A stretch of DNA of 64,000 nt from an uncultured Desulfatibacillum sp. (GCA_964570965.1 CAZNAX010000002.1:20095-84094); one strand, 5' to 3'; positions 45,970-55,106 are shown, counted from the first letter of the stretch. Translations and numbers: made by a program. The notes: a model not told the origin generated them from the sequence alone.

Positions 45970-45985
45970 TGGCATGATAGTTGTA
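45970..45985 (+). promoter_or_regulatory. Sigma54-like promoter candidate
   Basis: TGGCATGATAGTTGTA against TGGCACG-N4-TTGCA. GG-to-G spacing is correct, with two mismatches including GC to GT at -12. It sits in a ~320-bp AT-rich stretch, 96 nt upstream of the ATG at 46081. Confidence 0.3.
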
Positions 45986-46080
45986 TAGATTTGTAGAAAA
46001 TCAGGAATTAAAGTCTGCCATTCAAAAAGACGATAAACCGACCAGATTAGCACCGCTCATGGAGATAAGAAGGTGAGAGC

Positions 46081-46308
46081 ATGAGACACAGCAAGGCACT
46101 ATCCCAAAAATTCGACTATGATAGTGGTTATCTGGTAAAAAGCCCTTGTCGAGACTGCGGTACCTACGCGGCGTTCCCGGATTGCATGGATCGCTGTGCG
46201 CTGCTGGACCGGGTACAGAATGCGCTTTGCGACAGTCTTTCCAGCGTGCACAACTATTCGGCGGCAGAATCCTACTGTCTTCCGCTGGAAGTGTTGGACC
46301 GGATTTGA
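46081..46308 (+). CDS. Small Cys-rich hypothetical protein (75 aa)
   Basis: ATG at 46081 after GAAGGTGA. Seven Cys in total, including SPCRDCGTYAAFPDCMDRC. No family recognised. Confidence 0.45.
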   Translation: MRHSKALSQKFDYDSGYLVKSPCRDCGTYAAFPDCMDRCALLDRVQNALCDSLSSVHNYSAAESYCLPLEVLDRI

Positions 46309-46364
46309 CGAACGCAGAAAAGCCTTGCTTCGCTTGATTGGGAGCTGCGGCCTTTGTTCGGCGG

Positions 46365-46736
46365 TCACGTGCGGAAGCGGCGCTCCCAATTGTATTCCCG
46401 CGAAGTGACGACATCCTCCATCCGGCGGATGCGCTTCTCCAGGCCGTCGTAGCGGCGCTTTAAGCGCTGAGCGGCCTCATGGCGGGAGGATGTGTAGTCA
46501 TCATAGAACTGCCGTTCATCCGGTGAAGAGATCGGCATCGCCGGCTCCGGCTTCATTACCAGTGCCGCCAGAATGTAAAGAATCATGGCCGGCCACAGAC
46601 CGGAGATGACGAGCAGGGCTACCGCTAAGAACCTCACCCAGAACACGGAAAAATCGAAGTGCTCCGCCAGCCCTCGGCAGACGCCGAAAATGGCACCCTG
46701 ACGAGATCGATAAATTCCCCTGCGATCAGCCTTCAT
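46365..46736 (-). CDS. pspC: Phage shock protein C
   Basis: RGIYRSRQGAIFGVCRGLAEHFDFSVFWVRFLAVALLV is a PspC domain with a TM helix. A 4-nt overlap with pspB. Confidence 0.85.
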   Translation of the reverse strand: MKADRRGIYRSRQGAIFGVCRGLAEHFDFSVFWVRFLAVALLVISGLWPAMILYILAALVMKPEPAMPISSPDERQFYDDYTSSRHEAAQRLKRRYDGLEKRIRRMEDVVTSREYNWERRFRT

Positions 46737-46960
46737 TCTCGTCGATCCTCCCGCTTGCGATCAAACAGAATCGTTTCAAGCGTTTCAATTCGCTTTTCTA
46801 ACCGGGTTAAGCCTTGGTAAATTTCCTGTATGACCCTGGCATCTTCAGCTTTTGTGTCACGATCGCCCGTTCCCTTAAACAGCTTGACGCCCAGTGCGAT
46901 GACGACCGCCGCAACGCCTGCCAAAATTAAAACCAGGGCCCCCTCGACAAAGATGCTCAC
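46733..46960 (-). CDS. pspB: Phage shock protein B
   Basis: 75 aa. An N-terminal TM helix followed by EDARVIQEIYQGLTRLEKRIETLETIL. Located between pspA and pspC. Confidence 0.8.
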   Translation of the reverse strand: MSIFVEGALVLILAGVAAVVIALGVKLFKGTGDRDTKAEDARVIQEIYQGLTRLEKRIETLETILFDRKREDRRE

Positions 46961-47053
46961 GTGCGCTCACCCCTCTCCGCCCGACCGTGAACGGGATTGG
47001 TCGTCCCATCCGGCAACTATCTTACGATATCCGGTCGCGACCATCAACCTGAT

Positions 47054-47728
47054 TTATGCGGTCTTGCCGGCGTCGGAGCGCAAGGCTTTCAGCGCCTCGA
47101 GTTCGCGCTCGATGTCCTCGTCGACCGAAAGCCGGCTGAGCTGATCTTCCAGGTCGTGCGTGCGCCCGTAGTTCACCAGATCGGCTTCGGCCTCCATCCG
47201 TTCGATCCGGCTTTCAAGCTCGTCGAACTTGAAGATGGCCTCGGCGCTGTCCACCCGGCGCATGTCCCCCTGCGCGCGGCGTTTGCGTTCGGCATGAATG
47301 TGTCGCTGCACGAGCAGGCGTTGTTTGTCCCGCGCGGATTTCAGTTTTTCTTCGAGCTGCCGGATGTCTTCCTGATATTGATCGGACAGGGACTGGTGAT
47401 CCCTGAGTTCGTGATCGAGGGTTTCCTCGCGCTGGTGGTAGCGGCGTTTCTCGGCCAATGCCTCGCGGGCGAGGTCATCGCGGCCCTTGCTGACGGCGAG
47501 GTCCGCTTTGTCGGACCAGAACCGGCGACGGGCGGCTGCTTCATCGCGCTGGCGCTGCGCCTTCTTGGCCTCGGCCATGACTCCGGCGCAGGCTGACTTC
47601 AATTCTACCAGGGTATCCTCCATTTCCCGGATCATCAGCCGGATTAGCTTCTCGGGGTCCTCCGCCCGGTCAAGCATGGCATTGATGTTGGAGCTGATAA
47701 TGTCGCGAAAGCGCGTGAAAATGCCCAT
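47054..47728 (-). CDS. pspA: Phage shock protein A
   Basis: MGIFTRFRDIISSNINAMLDRAEDPEKLIRLMIREMEDTLVE... is the canonical PspA/IM30 N-terminus, followed by coiled coil. The ATG at 47728 is preferred over 47740. Confidence 0.92.
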   Translation of the reverse strand: MGIFTRFRDIISSNINAMLDRAEDPEKLIRLMIREMEDTLVELKSACAGVMAEAKKAQRQRDEAAARRRFWSDKADLAVSKGRDDLAREALAEKRRYHQREETLDHELRDHQSLSDQYQEDIRQLEEKLKSARDKQRLLVQRHIHAERKRRAQGDMRRVDSAEAIFKFDELESRIERMEAEADLVNYGRTHDLEDQLSRLSVDEDIERELEALKALRSDAGKTA

Positions 47729-47819
47729 TCGATCCTCCAATTTGCCTCCCTAATCGGTCGGCGAGTTTAAAGTCAGATGCCCTACGGTTAGATTTAGATA
47801 AATATGATAAAACTGAAAA

Positions 47820-47835
47820 TGCATAGCTGGTGCCA
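47820..47835 (-). promoter_or_regulatory. Sigma54 promoter of pspABC
   Basis: The minus strand reads TTGGCACCAGCTATGCATTTT, i.e. TGGCAC-N5-ATGCA with correct GG/GC spacing. It lies about 90 nt upstream of the pspA ATG, in an AT-rich region divergent from pspF. Confidence 0.75.
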
Positions 47836-47959
47836 AGTCATGAATTCTATTATCTGATTGAAATAAATGGAAATAATTATTGACATTCGGTTTGCTTCAT
47901 GTTTACTATATACCAATAAATGGTAAAAAAAACTAATTAATAGTTAAATAAACCATTTA

Positions 47960-48997
47960 ATGCCACGGTCAAACCAACCATTTATAAACGCTTCCTCAGA
48001 AGCGCTCGGCCAGTCGGATGCCTTTCTTGCGTTTCAGGAGCGCCTATCGCGAGTTGCACCCATCCAGAGGCCTGTGCTTCTGGTGGGTGAACGCGGGACC
48101 GGAAAGGAACTGGCCGCGTCGCGACTGCATTATCTCTCCGGGCGCTGGCAAAAGCCTTTCGTCACCTTGAACTGCGCGTCCCTATCCCCGTCGCTGATCG
48201 AATCCGAGCTTTTCGGCTATGAACGCGGGGCCTTCACCGGCGCTTTGCAGCGGAGGGTTGGAAGATTCGAGGTGGCGGACGGGGGGACGCTTTTTCTGGA
48301 CGAGGTCGGTAACGTGCCGCTGGAAGCGCAGGAGAAAATTCTCAGAACGGTAGAGTACCAGATATTCGAACGCGTGGGCAGCACTGAAAACGTGGCGGTG
48401 GATGTTCGCATTTTGGCCGCAACCAATGCGAACCTCCCGGAAATGGCGGCCGCCGGACGGTTTCGACCGGATCTTCTCGATCGCTTGTCTTTCGAGGTAT
48501 TGAGCGTGCCGCCGTTGCGTGAGCGCAGCGGCGATATCATGCTTTTGGCCCGGCATTTCGCCGTCCGCATGGCGCGCGAGCTGGATCGTGAGAGGATGCC
48601 TGACTTCAGCGCAGAGGCATCGGCCGTCCTTGAAGGCTATGGGTGGCCGGGGAATGTTCGCGAGTTGAAAAACGTCGTCGAGCGGGCAGTCTATCGATCG
48701 GATTCCCCGCTAATCACCGAGATCATCTTTGATCCTTTTGGTGCCCTATGCAAAGGTCCTGAACCGATGGGCTGGTCAAGCCGGGGCCGCATTTTGGCGC
48801 CGGTCCCGGAGAGAGGCCCGGATCCGCTGACCGTACCCATGAAGAAAGCCGTTTTAGACTTGAAAATGCGAATGTTGCAGTCCGCCCTGGAACGCTCCCG
48901 CTACAACCAGCGCAAAGCGGCGGCCCTCCTGGGTCTTAGTTATGATCAGTTCCGAGGTCTCTATCGTCGCTATAATCTGCAGGGGGAAAGCAAATGA
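47960..48997 (+). CDS. pspF: Psp operon transcriptional activator (sigma54 EBP lacking a regulatory domain)
   Basis: 345 aa. LLVGERGTGKELAASRLHYLSGRWQKPFVTLNC, ERGAFTGA and GTLFLDEVG closely follow E. coli PspF as I recall it. Divergent from pspA. Confidence 0.9.
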   Translation: MPRSNQPFINASSEALGQSDAFLAFQERLSRVAPIQRPVLLVGERGTGKELAASRLHYLSGRWQKPFVTLNCASLSPSLIESELFGYERGAFTGALQRRVGRFEVADGGTLFLDEVGNVPLEAQEKILRTVEYQIFERVGSTENVAVDVRILAATNANLPEMAAAGRFRPDLLDRLSFEVLSVPPLRERSGDIMLLARHFAVRMARELDRERMPDFSAEASAVLEGYGWPGNVRELKNVVERAVYRSDSPLITEIIFDPFGALCKGPEPMGWSSRGRILAPVPERGPDPLTVPMKKAVLDLKMRMLQSALERSRYNQRKAAALLGLSYDQFRGLYRRYNLQGESK

Positions 48998-50343
48998 TTG
49001 CGGTTCTTTCCGGATGGCCGCCCGAGCTGTTGCCGATGGCAATATTGGCGTTAGGCCTTATCGGCCTTGCGCTCTTGATCGTTCTGGTGCGGCGCAAACC
49101 GGCCCAGTTGCTGGCCGGCATCCGCGAGATGATGAGCGACCTCAACGAGCGCCTGGACCGCGTCGAACGGACTTGGCGTGAGGAGCTGTCCCTGAGCCGG
49201 CAGGAGGCGGCCCGCGGCGACCGCCAGGCCCGGGACGAGCTCCGGTCCGGGCTCGCGCAGTCGACCGAATCGCTTCTCCAACGAATGACCGGGATTGCCC
49301 GGTTGCAGAAGGATCAGCTCGATAGCTTCTCCCGGCAGCTTTCCGATCTCACCGCGCTCAACGAAGCCAAGCTCGAAGGCCTTCGGCGGACGATGGAGGA
49401 GCGCCTACAGTCCATGCAGGCCGACAACACCGCAAAGCTTGAGCAGATGCGGGTCGTAGTCGATGAAAAGCTCCAGTCCACCCTTGAAAAGCGACTGGGC
49501 GATTCCTTCAAGCAGGTCAGCGAGCGCCTGGAGTTGGTGTATACCGGCCTGGGCGAGATGCGCACACTGGCGGCCGGCGTCGGGGACCTCAAGAAAGTGC
49601 TGACCAACGTCAAGACCCGCGGCACCTGGGGAGAGATTCGGCTGAGCCAGATCCTGGATCAAATCCTGACGCCGGAACAATACGCCGCCAACGTCGTCAC
49701 CAAGCCGGGCGGCAGCGAGCGGGTGGAGTTCGCCATCCGGCTGCCGGGGCCGGACGTGGATCGGGAGGAGGTCGTATGGCTTCCGATCGACGCTAAATTT
49801 CCGCAGGAGGATTACCAGCGCTTGCTCGACGCCCAGGAGGCGGCCGACAGAGAACAGGCCGCCCGCTCGCTGCGCAGTCTTGAGGGCCGCGTCAAGGCTG
49901 AGGCGAAGGCCATCCGCGAAAAATACATCGATCCGCCGTACACCACAGACTTCGCCATCCTGTTTTTGCCGGTGGAAGGGCTTTACGCCGAGGTGCTGCG
50001 CATCCCGGGCCTGTGCGACTACCTGCAGCGCGAGCAGCGCGTGGTGATCGCCGGCCCTACCACGCTGGCGGCGCTCTTGAACAGCCTGCAGATGGGCTTC
50101 CGGACGCTATCGATCGAGCGGCGCTCGAGTCAGGTGTGGGAACTCCTGGGAGTGGTCAAGACCGAATTCGGGAAGTTCGGTGACGCCCTTTCCAAGACCA
50201 AGAAGAAGCTGCAGGAGGCCGCCAACACGATTGACCAGGCGGAAGTGCGCACGCGTGCCATCGAACGCACCCTGCGACGGGCAGAGGAAGGGCCACCCGA
50301 CACGCAGATTTCTTTGGAACTGGATGCCCCCCCGGGTGGCTGA
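48994..50343 (+). CDS. rmuC: DNA recombination protein RmuC
   Basis: 449 aa. An N-terminal TM helix, a long coiled coil, and the C-terminal RmuC nuclease-like core (RVEFAIRLPG...LPIDAKFP...DFAILFLPVEGLY). The ATG overlaps the pspF stop (ATGA). Confidence 0.85.
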   Translation: MIAVLSGWPPELLPMAILALGLIGLALLIVLVRRKPAQLLAGIREMMSDLNERLDRVERTWREELSLSRQEAARGDRQARDELRSGLAQSTESLLQRMTGIARLQKDQLDSFSRQLSDLTALNEAKLEGLRRTMEERLQSMQADNTAKLEQMRVVVDEKLQSTLEKRLGDSFKQVSERLELVYTGLGEMRTLAAGVGDLKKVLTNVKTRGTWGEIRLSQILDQILTPEQYAANVVTKPGGSERVEFAIRLPGPDVDREEVVWLPIDAKFPQEDYQRLLDAQEAADREQAARSLRSLEGRVKAEAKAIREKYIDPPYTTDFAILFLPVEGLYAEVLRIPGLCDYLQREQRVVIAGPTTLAALLNSLQMGFRTLSIERRSSQVWELLGVVKTEFGKFGDALSKTKKKLQEAANTIDQAEVRTRAIERTLRRAEEGPPDTQISLELDAPPGG

Positions 50344-50368
50344 TCTCTGCCGATTTTCAGGTTTTTTC

Positions 50369-50396
50369 TTGACATCCGTTAGTGGCTGAGTATTGT
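50369..50396 (+). promoter_or_regulatory. Sigma70-type promoter candidate for the LIV-type transporter operon
   Basis: TTGACA (50369-50374), a 16-nt spacer, then TATTGT (50391-50396). Confidence 0.35.
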
Positions 50397-50512
50397 GCAA
50401 TAAATTCTTAATCCTATGCCGCCCGATTCGCGCTAATCCAGTGGTATTGCGGTATTTAGGACAACAGCGGGTTTACTATCCTAATTCCAAATTTCAATCA
50501 GAGGAGGCTGTT

Positions 50513-51649
50513 ATGAAACGATTTAATCGCTTGCTTATTGCAGCACTGGTAGTGTTGGGATTTGTCGCAACGGCCGTCCCCCCAGTTTTTTCTGCCGAGG
50601 CTATCAAAACTGGTTTTGTTTTCAGCATGACGGGCGGTGCGGCCGCCTACGGTGCCACCCAGAAAGAGGGCGCCGAACTGGCTGTTGAGCAGATCAATGC
50701 CGCCGCAGGCGGCGGGATGAAAATCGCCCCCATTTTCGAGGACGATGCCAGCGTGCCTCAGCAGGGTACGAACGTCTATAATAAACTCATCAACGGGGAC
50801 AAAGTCACCGTCATCATCGGCCCCACCCTGAGCAACACCGCCAAGATCACGAACCCCATTGCGCAGCAGATCGGCGTTCCCGTGCTGGGCGTTAGCAACA
50901 CGGCCGGCGGGATTACCGAGATTGGCGACTACATATTTCGTAACTCCCTGACCGAGGCTGTCGTCATACCCAACACCATCAAGGTCGCTAAGGAAAAACT
51001 GGGGCTCAAAAAAGTGGTGCTTTTTTACGGTAACGACGATGCCTTCACCAAGAGCGGCGCCGACGTGTTCCGCAAGGTGCTGCAGGCCGAGGGAATTCAA
51101 ATTTTGGGCGAGCAGACCTTTGCCAAAGGTGATCGGGACTTCTCGCCGCAGCTGACCCAGATTAAGTCCCAGAACCCAGATGCGGTCGTCTGCTCGGCCT
51201 TGGTGGAAGAGGCCTCCGGCATCGTCAACCAGGCCCGCCAGCTGGGCATACCCAAGACTGTGCGCATCATCGGAGGCAACGGCTTCAACTCTCCGGCTTT
51301 AATCAAAAATGCCGGCGAGGCCTCCGAGGGAGTCATTGTTGGCGCGGCCTGGAACATCTCATCGACCAACCCACTGAACGTGAAATTCGTCGACGCTTAC
51401 ACCCAGAAATTCAACCGGCCGCCCGACCAGTTCGCCGCTCAGGCCTTCGCCGGCGTGCATATTGTCTACCAGGCGGCCAAGGCCGCCGGCACTGCCGACA
51501 ACCGTAAGGGCATCCGCGATGCCATGCTTAAGATAAAGGGGTTGGACACCCTTCTCGGCAAGTTTTCTTTCACCGAGGGACGGGACGCAGACCACAGCCC
51601 GGTGGTCCAGGAAGTCAAGAGCGGCAAGTTCGTGGTGTTCGGCAACTGA
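50513..51649 (+). CDS. ABC transporter periplasmic substrate-binding protein (branched-chain amino acid/LivJ-like family)
   Basis: ATG at 50513 after GAGGAGG. Signal peptide MKRFNRLLIAALVVLGFVATAVPPVFSA. Type I periplasmic-binding-protein pattern (GFVFSMTGGAAAYG...). Confidence 0.85.
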   Translation: MKRFNRLLIAALVVLGFVATAVPPVFSAEAIKTGFVFSMTGGAAAYGATQKEGAELAVEQINAAAGGGMKIAPIFEDDASVPQQGTNVYNKLINGDKVTVIIGPTLSNTAKITNPIAQQIGVPVLGVSNTAGGITEIGDYIFRNSLTEAVVIPNTIKVAKEKLGLKKVVLFYGNDDAFTKSGADVFRKVLQAEGIQILGEQTFAKGDRDFSPQLTQIKSQNPDAVVCSALVEEASGIVNQARQLGIPKTVRIIGGNGFNSPALIKNAGEASEGVIVGAAWNISSTNPLNVKFVDAYTQKFNRPPDQFAAQAFAGVHIVYQAAKAAGTADNRKGIRDAMLKIKGLDTLLGKFSFTEGRDADHSPVVQEVKSGKFVVFGN

Positions 51650-51730
51650 ACGGAACAGGCACAACGCTCGACGTTTGAACCCCGAAGGCAATCAGAGACT
51701 TCATTTTCTCAGCTGGCGGGAATGTCGATT

Positions 51731-51779
51731 TCAAAATCCCCCCAACCCCCTCTGCTAAGGGGGCGAGGGGGGATTTCGA
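51731..51779. repeat. GC-rich imperfect inverted repeat (nested hairpin) between the binding-protein and permease genes
   Basis: TCAAAATCCCCCCAACCCCCT-ctgcta-AGGGGGCGAGGGGGGATTTCGA. The outer arms AAATCCCCCC and GGGGGGATTT and the inner arms CCCCCT and AGGGGG are complementary. Confidence 0.7.
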
Positions 51780-51848
51780 TTCATATAATTTAGGATGGCG
51801 AAAGCGCCATACCTGTTTCTAATTTCAAACGTGGCACAGGAGAACCGG

Positions 51849-52739
51849 GTGAATCTGCTCGCCCAGCAGTTGGTCAACGGATTGTTCATCGGCAGCGTCT
51901 ACGGGCTTTTCGCGGTGGGCTATACCCTGGTGTTCGGGGTGCTGGACATCCTGAATTTGGCTCATGCCGCAGTGTTCACCCTCAGCGGCCTGATCGCCTT
52001 GTGGCTGGTCCAGGCCGCCGGGTTGTCCATCTGGCTGGCGTTTCCACTGGCCACGCTGTTCGCCGGGCTGCTCGGGCTGCTGCTCAACCAGGTGGCGTTC
52101 GTACCGTTGCGCAAGCGTGCCGACAGCCAGTTCTCAGGCCTGATATCGAGCATCGCCATGGCCATCATCTTTGAGGCCGTGGCCCTGGGGTTGTTCGGAG
52201 CGCGATCGGTGCGCTTCCCGCAGGGAACGGTCTCGGTCCACATCTGGCACGTCGGGGGGGTGACCATCACCTCGCTTCAGGTCGGGATCGTGCTTGTCGC
52301 CACGCTGCTCATGCTGGTCCTGACCTTTTTCATCCAACGCACCCGGACCGGCAAGGCCGTTCGCACCGTGGCCGAAAACGAGCGCGCCGCCATGCTGCTG
52401 GGCGTTAACGTCAACGGCATCATCGCTTTCACTTTTTTCATCTCCTCCGCGCTGGGCGGGGCGGCCGGCATTCTCTACGGGCTTTACTTCGACTCCCTGG
52501 CCCCGGACATGGGTCGCTCCATAGAGCTGAAGGGGCTGGCCGTCATCATTCTGGGCGGCATGGGCAGCATTCCCGGCGCCATTTTGGGCGGGCTGGCCTT
52601 CGGCCTGAGCGAAGTCTTGACCGTGGCCATCAGCGGGACCTCCAACCTGCGGGATGCCGTGGCTTTCACGGTGCTCTTCGCCATTCTGCTGATTCGGCCC
52701 TCCGGACTGCTGGGCCGCGGCAAGACGCGGGAGGCCTGA
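51849..52739 (+). CDS. livH: Branched-chain amino acid ABC transporter permease (LivH type)
   Basis: LLAQQLVNGLFIGSVYGLFAVGYTLVFGV is a typical LivH N-terminus. The GTG at 51849 with AGGAGA upstream is preferred; the in-frame ATG at 51795 remains possible. Confidence 0.85.
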   Translation: MNLLAQQLVNGLFIGSVYGLFAVGYTLVFGVLDILNLAHAAVFTLSGLIALWLVQAAGLSIWLAFPLATLFAGLLGLLLNQVAFVPLRKRADSQFSGLISSIAMAIIFEAVALGLFGARSVRFPQGTVSVHIWHVGGVTITSLQVGIVLVATLLMLVLTFFIQRTRTGKAVRTVAENERAAMLLGVNVNGIIAFTFFISSALGGAAGILYGLYFDSLAPDMGRSIELKGLAVIILGGMGSIPGAILGGLAFGLSEVLTVAISGTSNLRDAVAFTVLFAILLIRPSGLLGRGKTREA

Positions 52740-52742
52740 GGC

Positions 52743-53618
52743 ATGCTGGAGCAACTGGCCCAGTTCTACGCCGTTTACGGCAGCGTCATCAACTTCATCG
52801 GCATCAATGCCCTGCTGGCCCTCAGCCTGAACGTGACCCTGGCGGCCGGCATGCTGTCATTGGGCAACGCGGCTTTTGCCGGCGTGGGCGGGTACGCGGC
52901 CGGCATCCTGACCCTTCACTTCAAGCTGCCTTACGTCGTTTCGCTTTGCGGCGGTGCTCTGATGGCGGGTCTGGTCGGGTTGGTATTGGGGCTGCCGGTG
53001 CTGCGACTGAGAGGGGTGTTCCTGGCCATGGCCACTCTGGCCTTCGGCGAAGTGGTACGCATCGCCGCGGTCAACCTCGACGTCACCGGCGGCGCCGAAG
53101 GCCTCACCGGTATCCCCAATGTCACCAAGACTTGGATGATCTACCTGGCTCTGGGCGGTGCGGCCTATTTCATGGCGGTTCTTCGGCGCTCACGACCGGG
53201 CTGGGCCCTGGTCAGTATGCGCGAAGACGAAACCGCCGCCGCTTGCTTGGGCATCCATATTACCTATTACAAAGTCGCGGCCTTCACCATCGGCGCCATG
53301 ATGGCCGGGCTGGCCGGAGGCATGTACGCCCACTTGAACTACTTGATCACACCGCGCGATTTCGGCTTTTTCATTGCGGTGGACCTGTTGATCTACAACA
53401 TCGTGGGCGGCACGCGGGTTTGGTATGGCCCGATTCTGGGGGCGGCGCTGATCACGGCGCTGCCGGAAATCCTGCGGGGCGTCGGTGTGACCGCCGGGCC
53501 CATCCGCATGGGCGTCAACGGCCTGATCCTGCTGCTGGTCATTCTGTTCCTTCCGAATGGGCTGGCATCCATCTTCACCCGGTTCCGCCCGGCAGCGGCC
53601 AAGGTTGAGACCGCATGA
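52743..53618 (+). CDS. livM: Branched-chain amino acid ABC transporter permease (LivM type)
   Basis: 291 aa polytopic protein positioned between the LivH-type and ATPase genes. Contains LSLGNAAFAGVGGY. Confidence 0.85.
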   Translation: MLEQLAQFYAVYGSVINFIGINALLALSLNVTLAAGMLSLGNAAFAGVGGYAAGILTLHFKLPYVVSLCGGALMAGLVGLVLGLPVLRLRGVFLAMATLAFGEVVRIAAVNLDVTGGAEGLTGIPNVTKTWMIYLALGGAAYFMAVLRRSRPGWALVSMREDETAAACLGIHITYYKVAAFTIGAMMAGLAGGMYAHLNYLITPRDFGFFIAVDLLIYNIVGGTRVWYGPILGAALITALPEILRGVGVTAGPIRMGVNGLILLLVILFLPNGLASIFTRFRPAAAKVETA

Positions 53619-54385
53619 ACGACCTGCGTGTGAACAACATATCGCGAAGCTTCGGCGGGCTGCAGGCCCTGCTGGAGGTGAGCTTTGAGGTGACGCGTGG
53701 CACCATCCACGGCCTGATCGGGCCCAATGGGGCCGGCAAGACCACCCTGATCAACATCCTGAGCGGGGTGATTTCGCCTACATCCGGGGAGGTTTTCTAC
53801 CGGGGCCAGGCACTGCATCGGATTCCCGCCCACCGGGTGGCCGCCATGGGAGTCGCCCGAACGTTTCAGAACATTCGACTGTTTCCGGCCATGACCTGCT
53901 TGGAAAACGTCTTAGCGGGTCAGCACCTTACGGCTGCGCGGCCGTTGCTGCCAAGGCTTCTGCAGCTGCCGTCGGCCTACCGCGAGGACCGGGAACTGGG
54001 GGTGCAGTCTCGAAAGATACTGACGCGGGTCGGGCTCGATGCAAAAGCATCCCATCTGGCCAGAAATCTATCATACGGTGAGCGCCGTCGTTTGGAAATT
54101 GCCCGGGCCCTGTCCTTCAGCCCCAGACTGCTTCTACTGGATGAACCGGTGGCCGGCATGCGCCGGGCGGAGGCGGCTGAAGTGGCGGACCTTGTGCGTT
54201 CGCTGGCAGGCGAAGGCATGACGATTCTGCTGATCGAGCACAACATGGCATTTGTCATGAGCCTTTGTTCGCGGATAACCGTTCTGAATTTCGGCCGCGT
54301 GATTACCACCGGCCGTCCCGAGGAGGTGCGCGGCCACCGGGACGTGATCGAAGCCTATCTCGGATCGGGGGACAACGATGCTTGA
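53615..54385 (+). CDS. livG: ABC transporter ATP-binding protein (LivG type)
   Basis: Walker A GPNGAGKTT, signature LSYGERRRLEIARAL, Walker B LLLDEP. Confidence 0.9.
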   Translation: MNDLRVNNISRSFGGLQALLEVSFEVTRGTIHGLIGPNGAGKTTLINILSGVISPTSGEVFYRGQALHRIPAHRVAAMGVARTFQNIRLFPAMTCLENVLAGQHLTAARPLLPRLLQLPSAYREDRELGVQSRKILTRVGLDAKASHLARNLSYGERRRLEIARALSFSPRLLLLDEPVAGMRRAEAAEVADLVRSLAGEGMTILLIEHNMAFVMSLCSRITVLNFGRVITTGRPEEVRGHRDVIEAYLGSGDNDA

Positions 54386-55106
54386 AGTGGTGGGATTGAC
54401 AGTGTCCTACGGGCCCATCGAGGCCGTCCGGGAGATCAACTTCCGCGTGGAGGAGGGGACGGTCGTGTCCCTCGTTGGGCCCAACGGGGCCGGCAAAAGC
54501 ACGACTCTGAACGCGATCAGCGGCGTGGTGCCCGTCGCCCGGGGGCGGGTCCTTTTTCAGGGCGGTGACGTCACGCGGTTGAGTCCCCACCAACGCGTGT
54601 CTCAAGGCATCGTCCAAATCCCCGAGGGGCGTCTGGTCTTGGGCGGCATGACGGTGCGTGAAAACCTTGAAATGGGGGCCTACCGCCGGCCGGCCGCGGA
54701 AATCAAGGCGGGCATCGCTGCGGTGGAGGAGCGATTCCCGATCCTGGCGGAACGCCGGAATGCTCTGGCCGGCACGCTGTCCGGCGGGGAGCAGCAGATG
54801 CTTGCCATCGCCCGCGGGCTGATGGCCAAGCCCAAGCTGTTGCTGCTGGATGAACCTTCGCTGGGGCTTGCGCCGCTGCTGGTCAAGGCGATTTTCGATA
54901 TTGTCGCCGAACTTCGAACCGGCGGCCAAACCATCCTTCTCGTCGAGCAGAACGCCCGCCAAGCGCTCCTCGTCTCTTCCTGCGCCTACGTCATGGAGAA
55001 TGGGAAAATCGTGCTGGAAGGATCGGCGCAGCAGCTGATGTCCGATTCGGCCGTCATCAGCACCTACCTCGGGCAGACCTTGGACGCTCATCCGTCGGTT
55101 GCCTGA
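54378..55106 (+). CDS. livF: ABC transporter ATP-binding protein (LivF type)
   Basis: Walker A GPNGAGKST, signature LSGGEQQMLAIARGL, Walker B LLLDEPS. Confidence 0.9.
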   Translation: MLEVVGLTVSYGPIEAVREINFRVEEGTVVSLVGPNGAGKSTTLNAISGVVPVARGRVLFQGGDVTRLSPHQRVSQGIVQIPEGRLVLGGMTVRENLEMGAYRRPAAEIKAGIAAVEERFPILAERRNALAGTLSGGEQQMLAIARGLMAKPKLLLLDEPSLGLAPLLVKAIFDIVAELRTGGQTILLVEQNARQALLVSSCAYVMENGKIVLEGSAQQLMSDSAVISTYLGQTLDAHPSVA

